This document shows, piece after piece, positions 1 to 9,732 of a stretch of 64,000 nucleotides of DNA. A program made the position numbers and the translations under genes. Origin of the DNA: an uncultured Chloroflexia bacterium. Its GTDB lineage: Bacteria; Chloroflexota; Anaerolineae; Anaerolineales; UBA4823. Position 1 is the stretch's first letter. Each line of letters starts with the position of its first letter. The DNA lies in the NCBI GenBank assembly GCA_963792075.1, contig CAWBUW010000012.1, forward strand, positions 397,854-461,853, given 5' to 3'. The notes under the pieces are model-generated. The model was not told the origin of the DNA. It searched no databases and was given only the letters and a program-made list of their open reading frames with translations.

Positions 1-16
1 GGTTAGTTGATTGCTA

Positions 17-1054
17 TCATGAAAATGTATTTTCAAAAAGCAGCTTAATCTGGCTGTTTCCCGGCTGGCAAAGCAGGTCAAATCCTTTTTGAAGTTGATC
101 GAGCGGCAAACGCTTTGTGATCAAAGCGGACAATTGGATCCTACCCAGAACGACCAGGTTAATCGCATCCGGAAAATCCCATGCATATCCTTGGGACCCT
201 GCCAGGCAGATTTCACGCTGGACAAACAGGTTGATGGGTATTCTTGGTGTTGGCTCCTCAAAAATCCCCAACAAGGTAACTTTCCCACCTTTTTTAATCA
301 CCTCCAGGGCCTGGACCAATGTGGCCTCCACGCCAACGGCTTCAAAAGCTTGATCCACACCTAATTTAGCGGTGAAACTCATTATGGTTTCTTTTACGTC
401 TTCACCTCGACGTATAAAAATGCCATGCGCACCGAGATCAATGGCCTTCTGAACCCGGAAATCGTTGATATCGGCAACGAAAGGTTTGGTCCCTGTCAGT
501 TGGTCTAAGAGCATGGCAACCAGCAGCCCAATTGCGCCCGCTCCGATAACAGCGCTCGATTGGCCAATGCGGATGCCACTCTTTTTTACGGCATGCAGCG
601 CGACCGATAACGGCTCGATCAGAGTCCCTTCTTCGAAGGAAACAGATGGGGGAAGTTTGTAAGTGCGGTTTACAGGGGCATAGAAATATGCCGCGAACGC
701 GCCTTGTCCTTTACGGTATTGGAAACTGATGTTTGTGCAAAGGTGATACTCACCCCGCTGGCAATAATGACAACTGCCGCATGCAATCAACGGTTCCACG
801 GTCACCCGGTCACCTTCTGCAAATTCATTGACCTCGCTTCCCACCCGGACCACCTCACCCGCAAGCTCATGCCCAACAGCTACCGGAAGTGATGCGGAGG
901 GGTGTTTCCCTTTGAAAATGTGCAGGTCGCTTCCACAGATTGCGGCTGTACGGACTTTTATCATCACCTCTTGCGGTTCCGGGTCACGCAAAGGCATATC
1001 ACGAAATTCAATCTTACCCGCTTCAGGAATAAACGCCATCGGATAGGTATTCAT
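17..1054 (-). CDS. Zn-dependent medium-chain alcohol/polyol dehydrogenase (sorbitol/threonine dehydrogenase-like)
   Basis: 345-aa ORF. Catalytic-Zn region GHELAGEVVRVG, structural-Zn cluster CGSCHYCQRGEYHLC, Rossmann GAGAIG. The ATG overlaps the upstream stop (ATGA at 1051-1054). Confidence 0.85.
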   Translation of the reverse strand: MNTYPMAFIPEAGKIEFRDMPLRDPEPQEVMIKVRTAAICGSDLHIFKGKHPSASLPVAVGHELAGEVVRVGSEVNEFAEGDRVTVEPLIACGSCHYCQRGEYHLCTNISFQYRKGQGAFAAYFYAPVNRTYKLPPSVSFEEGTLIEPLSVALHAVKKSGIRIGQSSAVIGAGAIGLLVAMLLDQLTGTKPFVADINDFRVQKAIDLGAHGIFIRRGEDVKETIMSFTAKLGVDQAFEAVGVEATLVQALEVIKKGGKVTLLGIFEEPTPRIPINLFVQREICLAGSQGYAWDFPDAINLVVLGRIQLSALITKRLPLDQLQKGFDLLCQPGNSQIKLLFENTFS

Positions 1055-1995
1055 CCAGCAGCCTCACTTTCATGAATAATAGGGTTGGTAAGAGAAGTAA
1101 GTTTTTCAATACTCACTTCAACAACATCCCCGGCTTTCAACGCTCCTGTTGGGTTTGGCTCTCCATCCATCAGCTTGGGACTGCCGGTGAGGATCACGTC
1201 TCCTGGTTCCAAAGTCGTCAGCGTGGAAAGGTAAACGATCAAATGCGGAACGTCAAAAAACATCTGGGAAGTATTTCCCTTTTGCATGATTTGACCATTC
1301 ACCCTGGTGAACATAGCCAAGTTGCCTGTATTCCTCAGCTCGCCGGGGGTGATCAAGACAGGCCCCAGGGGAGTAAAGGTATCAAACATCTTCCCGCTGG
1401 TCCATTGTGTGGTGCGTTTTTCCAACAGGCGGTCTCCCAGGTCATTGGCGATGGTGTACCCGGCAACGAAAGAGACCGCTTCCCGTAAGGTAAGGTTCTT
1501 TCCATGTTTACCGATCACGACAGCCAATTCCACTTCATAGGCAACGCTTTCCGCCGCCATAGGGATAACCACAGTGTGTTTGTCCCCGATCACGCCACCG
1601 GATGGCTTTAGAAAGACGGTTGGGTATTTCGGTTTTTCCAATTTATTAGGCGCGGCGTAGTTGCCTGCGATACAAATCACTTTTCCGGGACGAGGCACCG
1701 GAGCTAAAAGGGTAAAATCATTGACGTGAAAAACTGTCCCACTTTCCATGATCTCCGCATCGGATTCAGGGGAGAAGCCAAGCACCCAATTCGTGGCATC
1801 AGAGGAAAGCCCCAGGCCCTCAGGCCCGGACAGGAACAGATCTACTAATGAAATTGGAAGGGAATCCAGAGGCAGCTTCAGCGCAGGATGTTTTTTTACG
1901 TAGAGGCCGGCGGCGTTATTGAGATCGATACCAAGCTCGCCAACCAGTCGCGCAGAACGGACCTGACCCCTGGACAGATAAGAGATGAGCTGCAT
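1051..1995 (-). CDS. Fumarylacetoacetate hydrolase (FAH) family hydrolase/hydratase
   Basis: 314-aa ORF. The C-terminal ~200 aa show the FAH-fold pattern (YEVELAVVIGK, GDVILTGSP). Translationally coupled to the downstream ADH. Confidence 0.85.
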   Translation of the reverse strand: MQLISYLSRGQVRSARLVGELGIDLNNAAGLYVKKHPALKLPLDSLPISLVDLFLSGPEGLGLSSDATNWVLGFSPESDAEIMESGTVFHVNDFTLLAPVPRPGKVICIAGNYAAPNKLEKPKYPTVFLKPSGGVIGDKHTVVIPMAAESVAYEVELAVVIGKHGKNLTLREAVSFVAGYTIANDLGDRLLEKRTTQWTSGKMFDTFTPLGPVLITPGELRNTGNLAMFTRVNGQIMQKGNTSQMFFDVPHLIVYLSTLTTLEPGDVILTGSPKLMDGEPNPTGALKAGDVVEVSIEKLTSLTNPIIHESEAAG

Positions 1996-2009
1996 TGGGC
2001 CCTCCTGAA

Positions 2010-2822
2010 TTACGGTTTATTGAATTGCGGAAGGCGTTTTTCAAGGAAAGCTGCCCGCCCCTCAATCGCATCTTTACCCCGTCCGGTCTGGACTCTGAGG
2101 TCGCTTTCCAATGCCAGGCCAGCCTGTATGCCTTCGCGAAGCCCAGCATTTACACATTTTTTGGCCGCTGCGGTCACCGGCCCGGGATAAGAGGCGATGG
2201 TGCTGGCAATTTTCAATATTTCTTCCATGCATGTCGCGTCCGGGAAAACGTATTCCACCAAGCCATAATTCAAAGCTTCTTGTGCGTTAATGACCCTGCC
2301 TGTTAAGAGCAGATCCAAAGCCCTGCCGCGCCCCACCAATCGTGGCAGCCGTTGGGTGCCACTTCCCGAGGCAAATGCACCAACTTTTACTTCTGGAAAG
2401 CCGAACCTGGCACTTTCTGCGGCTGCCCTGAAATCGCAGGCAAGCGCCAGGACAGCTCCACCCCCTAAAGTGTGGCCGTTGCAGGCCGCGATAATGGGGA
2501 AGCGAGCATCTTCTACCATTTGGTTCAAGTTGGATTCCCAATAGTCATTTTCGAGTAGCCAACCAACGTCCTGGCTAAAATCGTTGATATCTGAGCCGAC
2601 AGAAAATGCTTTCCCAATTCCGGTCAATATGGCGCACCGGATCGAAATATCTTTTTCCAACTCAGGCAGGACGTTCATCAGAGCGCGTTTTACTGAGTGC
2701 CTCAATACGCCCAGCGGCTCAGAAGCAATTGTAACCAGCGCGACACCTTCGAAGGGCCGGATGACCTGGATTGCGGAGGTCTCTTCGGTTAGATTTGCAT
2801 GTTTTTGATTTAATTTTTTCAT
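2010..2822 (-). CDS. Enoyl-CoA hydratase/isomerase (crotonase) family protein
   Basis: 270-aa ORF. Crotonase signature IAACNGHTLGGGAVLALACDFR and GFPEVKVG oxyanion-hole region. Confidence 0.85.
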   Translation of the reverse strand: MKKLNQKHANLTEETSAIQVIRPFEGVALVTIASEPLGVLRHSVKRALMNVLPELEKDISIRCAILTGIGKAFSVGSDINDFSQDVGWLLENDYWESNLNQMVEDARFPIIAACNGHTLGGGAVLALACDFRAAAESARFGFPEVKVGAFASGSGTQRLPRLVGRGRALDLLLTGRVINAQEALNYGLVEYVFPDATCMEEILKIASTIASYPGPVTAAAKKCVNAGLREGIQAGLALESDLRVQTGRGKDAIEGRAAFLEKRLPQFNKP

Positions 2823-2831
2823 AGCAAGACA

Positions 2832-4415
2832 TTACCCCATTAACCGCTTGGGAATATTGACCGGGGGTTTGGATGTTAAATCCTTTCCCAAACCCATCGG
2901 TTTATCTAAGAACAAGCGTTCATCCATGAGCTTCAGGTCTTTAGCAATTTTCGGTTGAAAATCCATGAGCGCAAGAACGTCACGCTGAAGATCAATGCCG
3001 GGGGCAATCTCGATCAGCTCAAGACCTTTTTCCCCACGCCTGAAAACAGCGCGCTCAGTGACGTAGAGCGCCTCTTGTCCGCGTTCCTCAGCAAAAGGCC
3101 CATTATATGAAATCTGTTCAACGGCTGATAGAAACTTCCTGAATTTCCCTTCTTGTTGGATGACCGTTTTCCCCTCTGGCCAACTTATCTCGAGTTTGCC
3201 TGCCGTGAAGGTCCCACTGAAGATCACCTTTTTGGCATTTTGACTGATATTGATAAATCCGCCAACACCAATGATCCGTCCATTGAAACGGCTCACATTG
3301 ACGTTCCCGGCCGAGTCTACCTGGGCAAACGAGAGGAAAGCCAAGTCGAGCCCTCCCCCGTCATAAAAATCGAACTGGTAGGGTTGGTCGATGATGGAGG
3401 TGTAATTGATCGCCGCGCCCGCATCGGAGGAAGGCGCTCCACCGATCAGCCCTTGTTCATTCGTCAGGACGATTTGGTCTAAGATGCCTTCTTCAGCCGC
3501 GAGAGTCGCAATCCCGGTTGAAATTCCGGACCCCAGGTTACACACGGCTCCAGGTGCTAATTCAAGCGCGGCACGCCTGGCAATGACCTTGCGCACATCG
3601 AAGGGCAAGGGGTCGATCTCGCCCATGGGAATTTTGATCTCACCGGCGTAGGCGGGGCTGTATTCCATTTTGTAGGACTGCCGCTGGTTTGGATCCACCA
3701 CAACCAGGTCAACCAACATCCCGGGCATCTTGACCTGTTTTGCGGGTAAAGTCCCTCGTTGAGCAAGCCGGCCAACTTGAACGATGACAATACCGCCATT
3801 CCTGTGTGTGGCCTGCGCCATGGAAAGCATTTCACCAAAAACTGCTTCGCGTTCCATGCTTACGTTACCATCCTCATCCGCGGTGGTACCCCGGAGAAAA
3901 GCAATATCTACCGTGTAAGGTTTATAGAAGATCCACTCTTTTCCCTCAAGATTAACCAGTTCCACCAGGTCTTCCGTTGCGGACTTGCTCTGCCTGCCGC
4001 CATCCATACGCGGGTCGACAAAAGTATGCAGCCCCACACGTGAGAATAGACCAGGACGGCCAGCAGCCATCTCTCGCATCAATTCCGAAAGTGCGCCTTG
4101 AGGCAAGGTGTAGGCTTCAACAGTATCCTGTTCGGCGCGGTCTTGAAAAGCAGGGCTGTTAACCAATGCGCCTGTCACGATCCTCTTCACCAATCCAGGA
4201 TGGGCAAGATGCCCGACCCCCTGGCTGATATTATCGCCAATGCCAACCGGGTGAAGCAGCGTGATATTATGGGGGCTGTTTTCTTTGAGAAATCTTTTTT
4301 CAAGAGCGACAATTAACGCCTCTGGAATGGCATGCCCGCCACCTGAACCCCCGATAACAACCGTATCTCCGTCGCAGATGTAGCTGACAGCCTTTTCAAA
4401 AGTGACTACTTTCAA
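2832..4415 (-). CDS. Family I acyl-CoA:acetate/3-ketoacid CoA-transferase (fused alpha/beta, YdiF-like)
   Basis: The long ORF runs to 4442 with a TTG. I prefer the TTG at 4415, 7 nt after an AGGAG, which gives an N-terminus MKVVTFEKAVSYICDGDTVVIGG typical of this family. Length is about 527 aa. Confidence 0.8.
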   Translation of the reverse strand: MKVVTFEKAVSYICDGDTVVIGGSGGGHAIPEALIVALEKRFLKENSPHNITLLHPVGIGDNISQGVGHLAHPGLVKRIVTGALVNSPAFQDRAEQDTVEAYTLPQGALSELMREMAAGRPGLFSRVGLHTFVDPRMDGGRQSKSATEDLVELVNLEGKEWIFYKPYTVDIAFLRGTTADEDGNVSMEREAVFGEMLSMAQATHRNGGIVIVQVGRLAQRGTLPAKQVKMPGMLVDLVVVDPNQRQSYKMEYSPAYAGEIKIPMGEIDPLPFDVRKVIARRAALELAPGAVCNLGSGISTGIATLAAEEGILDQIVLTNEQGLIGGAPSSDAGAAINYTSIIDQPYQFDFYDGGGLDLAFLSFAQVDSAGNVNVSRFNGRIIGVGGFINISQNAKKVIFSGTFTAGKLEISWPEGKTVIQQEGKFRKFLSAVEQISYNGPFAEERGQEALYVTERAVFRRGEKGLELIEIAPGIDLQRDVLALMDFQPKIAKDLKLMDERLFLDKPMGLGKDLTSKPPVNIPKRLMG

Positions 4416-4450
4416 TTCAACACTCCTGGTTCCGAAGTCCAAACGCAGTT

Positions 4451-5899
4451 TTACAGCGCTTTTTTGATTAGCTTGACTTCCTTCGCTTCCGGTCTTTGTT
4501 TATAAAAGTCGTCCAGGGGATAACAACCTGAAACCAATCCTTTACGGGGAGCTGTGGTGCAATCGCTGAAAGTGCGACAAATGCGGTTCCGGACCAAGGG
4601 GCGTCCGGCAAGGACGTCTGCAGGTAGGTCCGGATAGGAAAGTGTAGAGCGCCCTAATCCAACGAAGTCGATCTGGTTCTCTCGAACGACAGCCTGGGCG
4701 ACATACGGTATCCAATCCTGAAGGTAACTGTAACCAGAACCGACCGTCGCCAGGTGGGGTGAGGTGGCTTTTAATTGCGCCGCCACCTTAATTTGGCGGG
4801 CAACCCCGACGATTGGATCTTCCGGAGGCAAATAGCCATCACTGGGAGGATAGTATGCCGGGCGAGTAAGATGCGGATTGTAATAAGGACTGGCGGCAGA
4901 GAAATTGACCAGCTCTACGCCGATCTCTTCCATCATTTTCATCAATGCAATAGGCTCATCCAGCTTGATCTCGCCCACCGCATCCGGATCTCCACCAAAA
5001 GCATAAGGGTAGCGGCCGTTTTCGTCACGATACCCTACCATGTGCCCGACTTTTTCTTCATCCGGGCGGAAGGGGGGCATGTCAAAGCTGCTAAAGCGGA
5101 CCCCAATTTTCAATCCGGGGCATTCGCTTTGGATGCCGCGTATAATTTCCCGCATGAAGCGAGTCCGGTTTTCAAAACTCCCGCCGTATGGGCCAGGACG
5201 CGTGACCGCGCCGAGAAATTCATGGCCCAGATAGCCATGGCAGTGTTTTACGTCTACAAAGTCAAACCCAATGGTTTGGGCGCGCTTCGCTGCCCGGATG
5301 TAGAAACCGATCAGGTCATCGATTTCCGTATCCGTCATGACGGGATAATCCGGTGCAATATTGAAGATCTTATCCAGCACGGGATGGTGATACAGTATTT
5401 TGGGCTCAAGCTTCGTTTTTTCATTCGGCCGGCAGAAACGCCCGGAGTGCGTGAGCTGCAAGCCTACAAACAGGTCATCCACCTGCCCAAAGTGATTCTG
5501 GTGTTCCTCAACCAAAGCCTGCCGTAATTTCTCCATATCCTGCATGGTCTGGTCAAGGATCATCAATTGATTCGGGTTCGCCCGCCCGTCGGGTCTCACT
5601 GCGGTGGCCTCGCCACCCCAGATCAATTTTGCGCCGCTGCGGCCGAAATTTCTCCACCGGCGGAAAACCAGGTCGGTCGGTCGCCCTTCCGGGGTGCCAT
5701 CCCAACCCTCCATCGGCAGAATGCAGAAGCGGTTTCCAATTTTCTTTCCATCTTTTAAACTATAAGGCTGCGCAAGAGGCCCCCTGGATGCCGGGGTTAT
5801 TTGTGCATCGACCGGAATGTGAACATGGAGTGATTCAAGATAGTTCTTGAATTCCTCGATCGATTTCATGCGTGTGATATGAGGGTACACTTTTTTCAT
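4451..5899 (-). CDS. NADH:flavin oxidoreductase, Old Yellow Enzyme family, with Cys-containing C-terminal extension
   Basis: OYE TIM-barrel motifs (HCHGYLGHEFLG, GGSFENRTRF). The ATG at 5899 is preceded by AAGGTGG. The ORF-track start at 5920 is a TTG that overlaps eda. Confidence 0.8.
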   Translation of the reverse strand: MKKVYPHITRMKSIEEFKNYLESLHVHIPVDAQITPASRGPLAQPYSLKDGKKIGNRFCILPMEGWDGTPEGRPTDLVFRRWRNFGRSGAKLIWGGEATAVRPDGRANPNQLMILDQTMQDMEKLRQALVEEHQNHFGQVDDLFVGLQLTHSGRFCRPNEKTKLEPKILYHHPVLDKIFNIAPDYPVMTDTEIDDLIGFYIRAAKRAQTIGFDFVDVKHCHGYLGHEFLGAVTRPGPYGGSFENRTRFMREIIRGIQSECPGLKIGVRFSSFDMPPFRPDEEKVGHMVGYRDENGRYPYAFGGDPDAVGEIKLDEPIALMKMMEEIGVELVNFSAASPYYNPHLTRPAYYPPSDGYLPPEDPIVGVARQIKVAAQLKATSPHLATVGSGYSYLQDWIPYVAQAVVRENQIDFVGLGRSTLSYPDLPADVLAGRPLVRNRICRTFSDCTTAPRKGLVSGCYPLDDFYKQRPEAKEVKLIKKAL

Positions 5900-5912
5900 T
5901 TTCGCCACCTTA

Positions 5913-6599
5913 TTAAGCAATCGGAGATTTTCCAGAACGTACTTTTTGAATCCACGCTAATATTTGTTTGACCTTCTCGGTGATCACTTCAAAGTTTCCG
6001 GAGGCGATGGTTTCTTTGGGGAAGAGCTTACTCCCTATCCCAACACAGGCAACTCCCGCTTTAAACCAACTGGAAACGCTTTCCTCCGTCGTATCCACGC
6101 CACCGGTTGGCATTAACCTGGACCAGGGTAAGGGGCCCAGCACATCTTTTACAAAACCGGGGCCGCCAACCGCCCCGCCTGGGAAGATCTTGCAGATTTC
6201 CACGCCCAGTTCCTCGGCATTTGAGATTTCAGAGACCGAACCGCACCCCGGAAGATAAGCAACTTTTCTGCGGTTACAGAGGCGCGCCACTTCGGGGTTA
6301 AGCACAGGGCCGACAATAAAGTTAGCCCCTAGCTGGATATACAATGCCGCCGTGGCAGGATCGATGATCGACCCGGCCCCCAGGATGACACGGTCATCCG
6401 ATTTGAAACAGGTAGCCAGCTCTTTAAAGACCTCGTGTGCCAGGTCGCCTCTATTCGTAAACTCGAAGCAGTGGGCTCCACCTGCGGCACAGGCCTCAAT
6501 CACAGCCGCGGCCACACGGGCATCAGGGTGGTAAAACACGGGTACCATCCCAGTTTCAATCATCGTGTTCAGGACTTTTAATCGAAAGTATTTTGCCAT
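5913..6599 (-). CDS. eda: 2-dehydro-3-deoxyphosphogluconate / 4-hydroxy-2-oxoglutarate aldolase
   Basis: 228-aa ORF of KDPG-aldolase size and pattern (FEFTNR, GAGSI, Schiff-base Lys context CKIFPGG). Sits next to the KDG kinase. Confidence 0.8.
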   Translation of the reverse strand: MAKYFRLKVLNTMIETGMVPVFYHPDARVAAAVIEACAAGGAHCFEFTNRGDLAHEVFKELATCFKSDDRVILGAGSIIDPATAALYIQLGANFIVGPVLNPEVARLCNRRKVAYLPGCGSVSEISNAEELGVEICKIFPGGAVGGPGFVKDVLGPLPWSRLMPTGGVDTTEESVSSWFKAGVACVGIGSKLFPKETIASGNFEVITEKVKQILAWIQKVRSGKSPIA

Positions 6600-6640
6600 G
6601 TTGTTTTCCTTGAAAAGATTATAGCTTCGCTGCTGCGCTG

Positions 6641-7675
6641 CTACCGGCTGACCCGGCCGGATTCATCTCCCCGCATCAACTTTTCAACTTCAGAGACAGA
6701 CACAAGGTTGAAATCGCCAAAAATTGTGTGCTTAAGCGCCGAAGCAGCAATTGCAAAGTTCAATGCTTTTTGGAGGTCTGAAGGATACGTCGTTAAACCG
6801 TAGATCAGGCCGCCCATGAAGCTGTCACCGCTGCCAACCCGGTCAACAATGTGGGTAATATCATAGATCGGGCCGGTGTACGTTCTGCCAGAGTTCCAGA
6901 GAAGTCCGCTCCACATGTTGTGCGACGCTGAAATGGAGCTCCTTAAGGTAATGGCAATCGTTTTCAGCTTCTCAAACTTTTTGGCCAGCGATTCACACAC
7001 AAATTGATACTTATCCGCGGTAACTTTCCCCTTGGTAATATCGGTTTCGGGAGCCTGAATGCCAAATACCTTTTCGGCATCTTCTTCGTTCCCAATGGCA
7101 ACGTCGCAGTAAGAGGTCAATTCTTCCATAACCTCAGAGGCGGTTTTTCCCCATTTCCACAGTTTCGCTCGATAATTCAAGTCACACGAGACGGTGATGC
7201 CCATTTCGCGCGCGGTCTTGACTGCTTCAAGGCAGGCTGCTGCCGCACCGGCTGAAACCGCAGGGGTAATTCCGGTCCAATGGAACCAACCCGCATCTTT
7301 GAAAATGGATTTCCAGTCAAACATATTGGGGGAAACCGTCGCAAATGAAGAATCCGCACGGTCATAAATGACCTGGCTGCCGCGCATGACCGCCCCATTT
7401 TCAAGAAAATAGATCCCCAAACGGTTCCCGCCACGTTGAATGAAACGAGTTCCGACGCCGTATTGTCGCAAATAATTCAGGCAAGCTGCTCCCAGGTCGT
7501 TATTGGGTAGACGGGTAACATATTCCGTTTCCAGGCCATAATTGGCCAGCGAGATTGCGACATTCGATTCACCCCCACCATAAGTTACATCCAATGTCCT
7601 TGCCTGGCTGAATCTCAATTGGTTAGGCGGTGAAAGCCGCAGCATGATCTCGCCAAAGGTGACAATCGTTTTCAT
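6641..7675 (-). CDS. kdgK: 2-dehydro-3-deoxygluconokinase (PfkB family)
   Basis: 344-aa ORF. N-terminal VTFGEIMLRLSP and C-terminal DRVGSGDSF (PfkB signature 2). AGAGG RBS. Confidence 0.8.
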   Translation of the reverse strand: MKTIVTFGEIMLRLSPPNQLRFSQARTLDVTYGGGESNVAISLANYGLETEYVTRLPNNDLGAACLNYLRQYGVGTRFIQRGGNRLGIYFLENGAVMRGSQVIYDRADSSFATVSPNMFDWKSIFKDAGWFHWTGITPAVSAGAAAACLEAVKTAREMGITVSCDLNYRAKLWKWGKTASEVMEELTSYCDVAIGNEEDAEKVFGIQAPETDITKGKVTADKYQFVCESLAKKFEKLKTIAITLRSSISASHNMWSGLLWNSGRTYTGPIYDITHIVDRVGSGDSFMGGLIYGLTTYPSDLQKALNFAIAASALKHTIFGDFNLVSVSEVEKLMRGDESGRVSR

Positions 7676-7682
7676 GATGCCT

Positions 7683-8462
7683 CTACAAACGGTGAATGTG
7701 GAATCCGCCGTCTACGTCGATGATCTGCCCGGTGGAAAATGGCAAATAGTCTTCAGCAATGGCAACAATTGCCTTACCGATATCTTCCGGGTACCCCCAG
7801 CGTTTTATTGGAGTGACCCCTTCAGCGATCAATTTGTCATATTTGTCTTTAACGACTTCGGTTAAAGGTGTCTTGATAATGCCAGGTCGGATTTCGTATA
7901 CGTTAATTCCTTCGTCAGCAAGACGGTCTGCATAAAGCAAGGTATTCATAGCCACAGCGGCTTTTGAAATGCAGTATTCAGCCCGGCTGGTGCTGCTGGT
8001 GTAGGCGCTGATCGAACCGATATTGACAATTTTTCCCAGCCCAATTTTCTTTTGCTTGATCATTTCGATCATCTTTTTTGAAACCAGTTGAGTAAGGAAA
8101 TAGGGCCCAATCGTGTTCACTTCCAGCACTTCATGCATGCTTTCTTCGCTGATCTCAAGCATGTCCATCCGCACACGCGGGCCGATCCCGGCATTGTTGA
8201 CCAGTAAATCGATCTGCCCATACTTGTCGATCGTTTCATCCACGATCTTCTGCCGGTCAGCAGCAATGGTAATATTTGCCAAAACTACCAAACCGTCAGA
8301 GCCCTCTTTTCGGACCAGGCTAAGCGTTTCGGCAGGAGGGTCCGGATTACCAAGATCATTGATGACGATCGTCCAGCCGGCTCGGGCCAGTTGGATAGCA
8401 GTACCGCGGCCAATGCCTCTTCCGGACCCGGTAATAATCGCAACCTTCGTTTTCTGATCCAT
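7683..8462 (-). CDS. Short-chain dehydrogenase/reductase (SDR)
   Basis: TGSGRGIGRG cofactor motif, NNAG, catalytic YxxxK (YCISK). The ATG at 8462 (MDQKTKVAIITG) is preferred, because the longer ORF to 8564 would overlap the upstream permease gene. Confidence 0.85.
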   Translation of the reverse strand: MDQKTKVAIITGSGRGIGRGTAIQLARAGWTIVINDLGNPDPPAETLSLVRKEGSDGLVVLANITIAADRQKIVDETIDKYGQIDLLVNNAGIGPRVRMDMLEISEESMHEVLEVNTIGPYFLTQLVSKKMIEMIKQKKIGLGKIVNIGSISAYTSSTSRAEYCISKAAVAMNTLLYADRLADEGINVYEIRPGIIKTPLTEVVKDKYDKLIAEGVTPIKRWGYPEDIGKAIVAIAEDYLPFSTGQIIDVDGGFHIHRL

Positions 8463-8511
8463 ATCACACCTCACAAGTTGATCAAGATTTACTGATGAGT
8501 TTTTCCAAAAA

Positions 8512-9732
8512 TCAATCCCAATCCAGGAAAGTTGGTAACGTGCCTTTATTGCGTAAGGAGCCAACTATTCCATCGGGGAAAAACAGCAAGACAAAAATAA
8601 GGATAAGCCCGGTGACCACAATGTTCAACTCCGTAGCGCCAAGCTTTGAAACCACAAACTCGTTTACTGCCAGCATGATGGCGGCGCCAATCACCGGACC
8701 GCTGACCGTTCCCTTGCCTCCCAAGATTGTATTCAATACGATCCCTGTCCCGATGGCTACGGTCAGGAAAATTGAAGGACGTAAATAAGTGAGTGAATAG
8801 CCATAGATGGCTCCTGACATTCCGATGAACAAACCGCTCAATCCGAATGCCAGGATCTTATAATGGCGCGTAGGGATTCCAGCCACCTCTGCCTTCGTCT
8901 CATCTTGAGAGATTGCCCGTAATCCCAGGCCAAATTTCGAGTGTTTGATGAAATAGGTCATCAAAACACAGAGGACCATGATAACAAGCATGTAATAGTA
9001 AAACGGTATTTTTGCGACCGCTCCATCCAGCCGGATCATAGGCATGGGTAACCCATTTGTTCCGCCGGTAAGCTTCCAATTATCCAGAGTTTCAGCTACC
9101 AATAATACTAAAGCGATCGTCGAGATGATGAAGGTACTGCCACGGGTGCGTAAGGCGATCAAACCAAAGAGCAAACCTCCAGCCATGGCAAAAATCCCTG
9201 CGATTGGGGCAGTGATGAAAGGAGAAACCTGCCAAAAGACAAATATCATGCCGGCAAAATAAGCGCCAACCGCAGTAAAAACATTATGACCAAGAGATAT
9301 ATAGCCCGCGTAACCCCCAATAATATTCCAACTGCTTGACCAAGTAATGTAAAGAAAACATATGGTCAGCATGTACAGCCAATAGTTCAAAGCTCCTGTT
9401 TTCAAGTGAATGATCGGGACGAGCAATAACCCTGCCAGGGTCAACAATGGAAGGCCTGCTTTGACCCATTGATGGGCGATAGAAAACCGGGTTATATAAG
9501 GCATCAAAAGGAACAAAAACCATAACCCGAGCCCAAGGATAAGCATCGCCTCACCCCATTGTTCCATCCAGGGGAGCGGCTCCAGGATACCAAAAGTGTG
9601 ATAAACAATCTCCCAAATACCGATGATGCATAAAAGTGCAACAGGAAGCGCAAACTTTTTCAAAACGCCGGTTTTCTTCGTTTTCGTTTCGGGTTCTTGA
9701 TCGGGCGCGTTATGCGGCAATAATTCTGACAT
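8512..9732 (-). CDS. Branched-chain-amino-acid-type ABC transporter permease (LivM-like) with N-terminal extension
   Basis: 406-aa polytopic ORF with the LivM-like pattern. Its start abuts the stop of the livH-like gene at 9733. Confidence 0.85.
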   Translation of the reverse strand: MSELLPHNAPDQEPETKTKKTGVLKKFALPVALLCIIGIWEIVYHTFGILEPLPWMEQWGEAMLILGLGLWFLFLLMPYITRFSIAHQWVKAGLPLLTLAGLLLVPIIHLKTGALNYWLYMLTICFLYITWSSSWNIIGGYAGYISLGHNVFTAVGAYFAGMIFVFWQVSPFITAPIAGIFAMAGGLLFGLIALRTRGSTFIISTIALVLLVAETLDNWKLTGGTNGLPMPMIRLDGAVAKIPFYYYMLVIMVLCVLMTYFIKHSKFGLGLRAISQDETKAEVAGIPTRHYKILAFGLSGLFIGMSGAIYGYSLTYLRPSIFLTVAIGTGIVLNTILGGKGTVSGPVIGAAIMLAVNEFVVSKLGATELNIVVTGLILIFVLLFFPDGIVGSLRNKGTLPTFLDWD

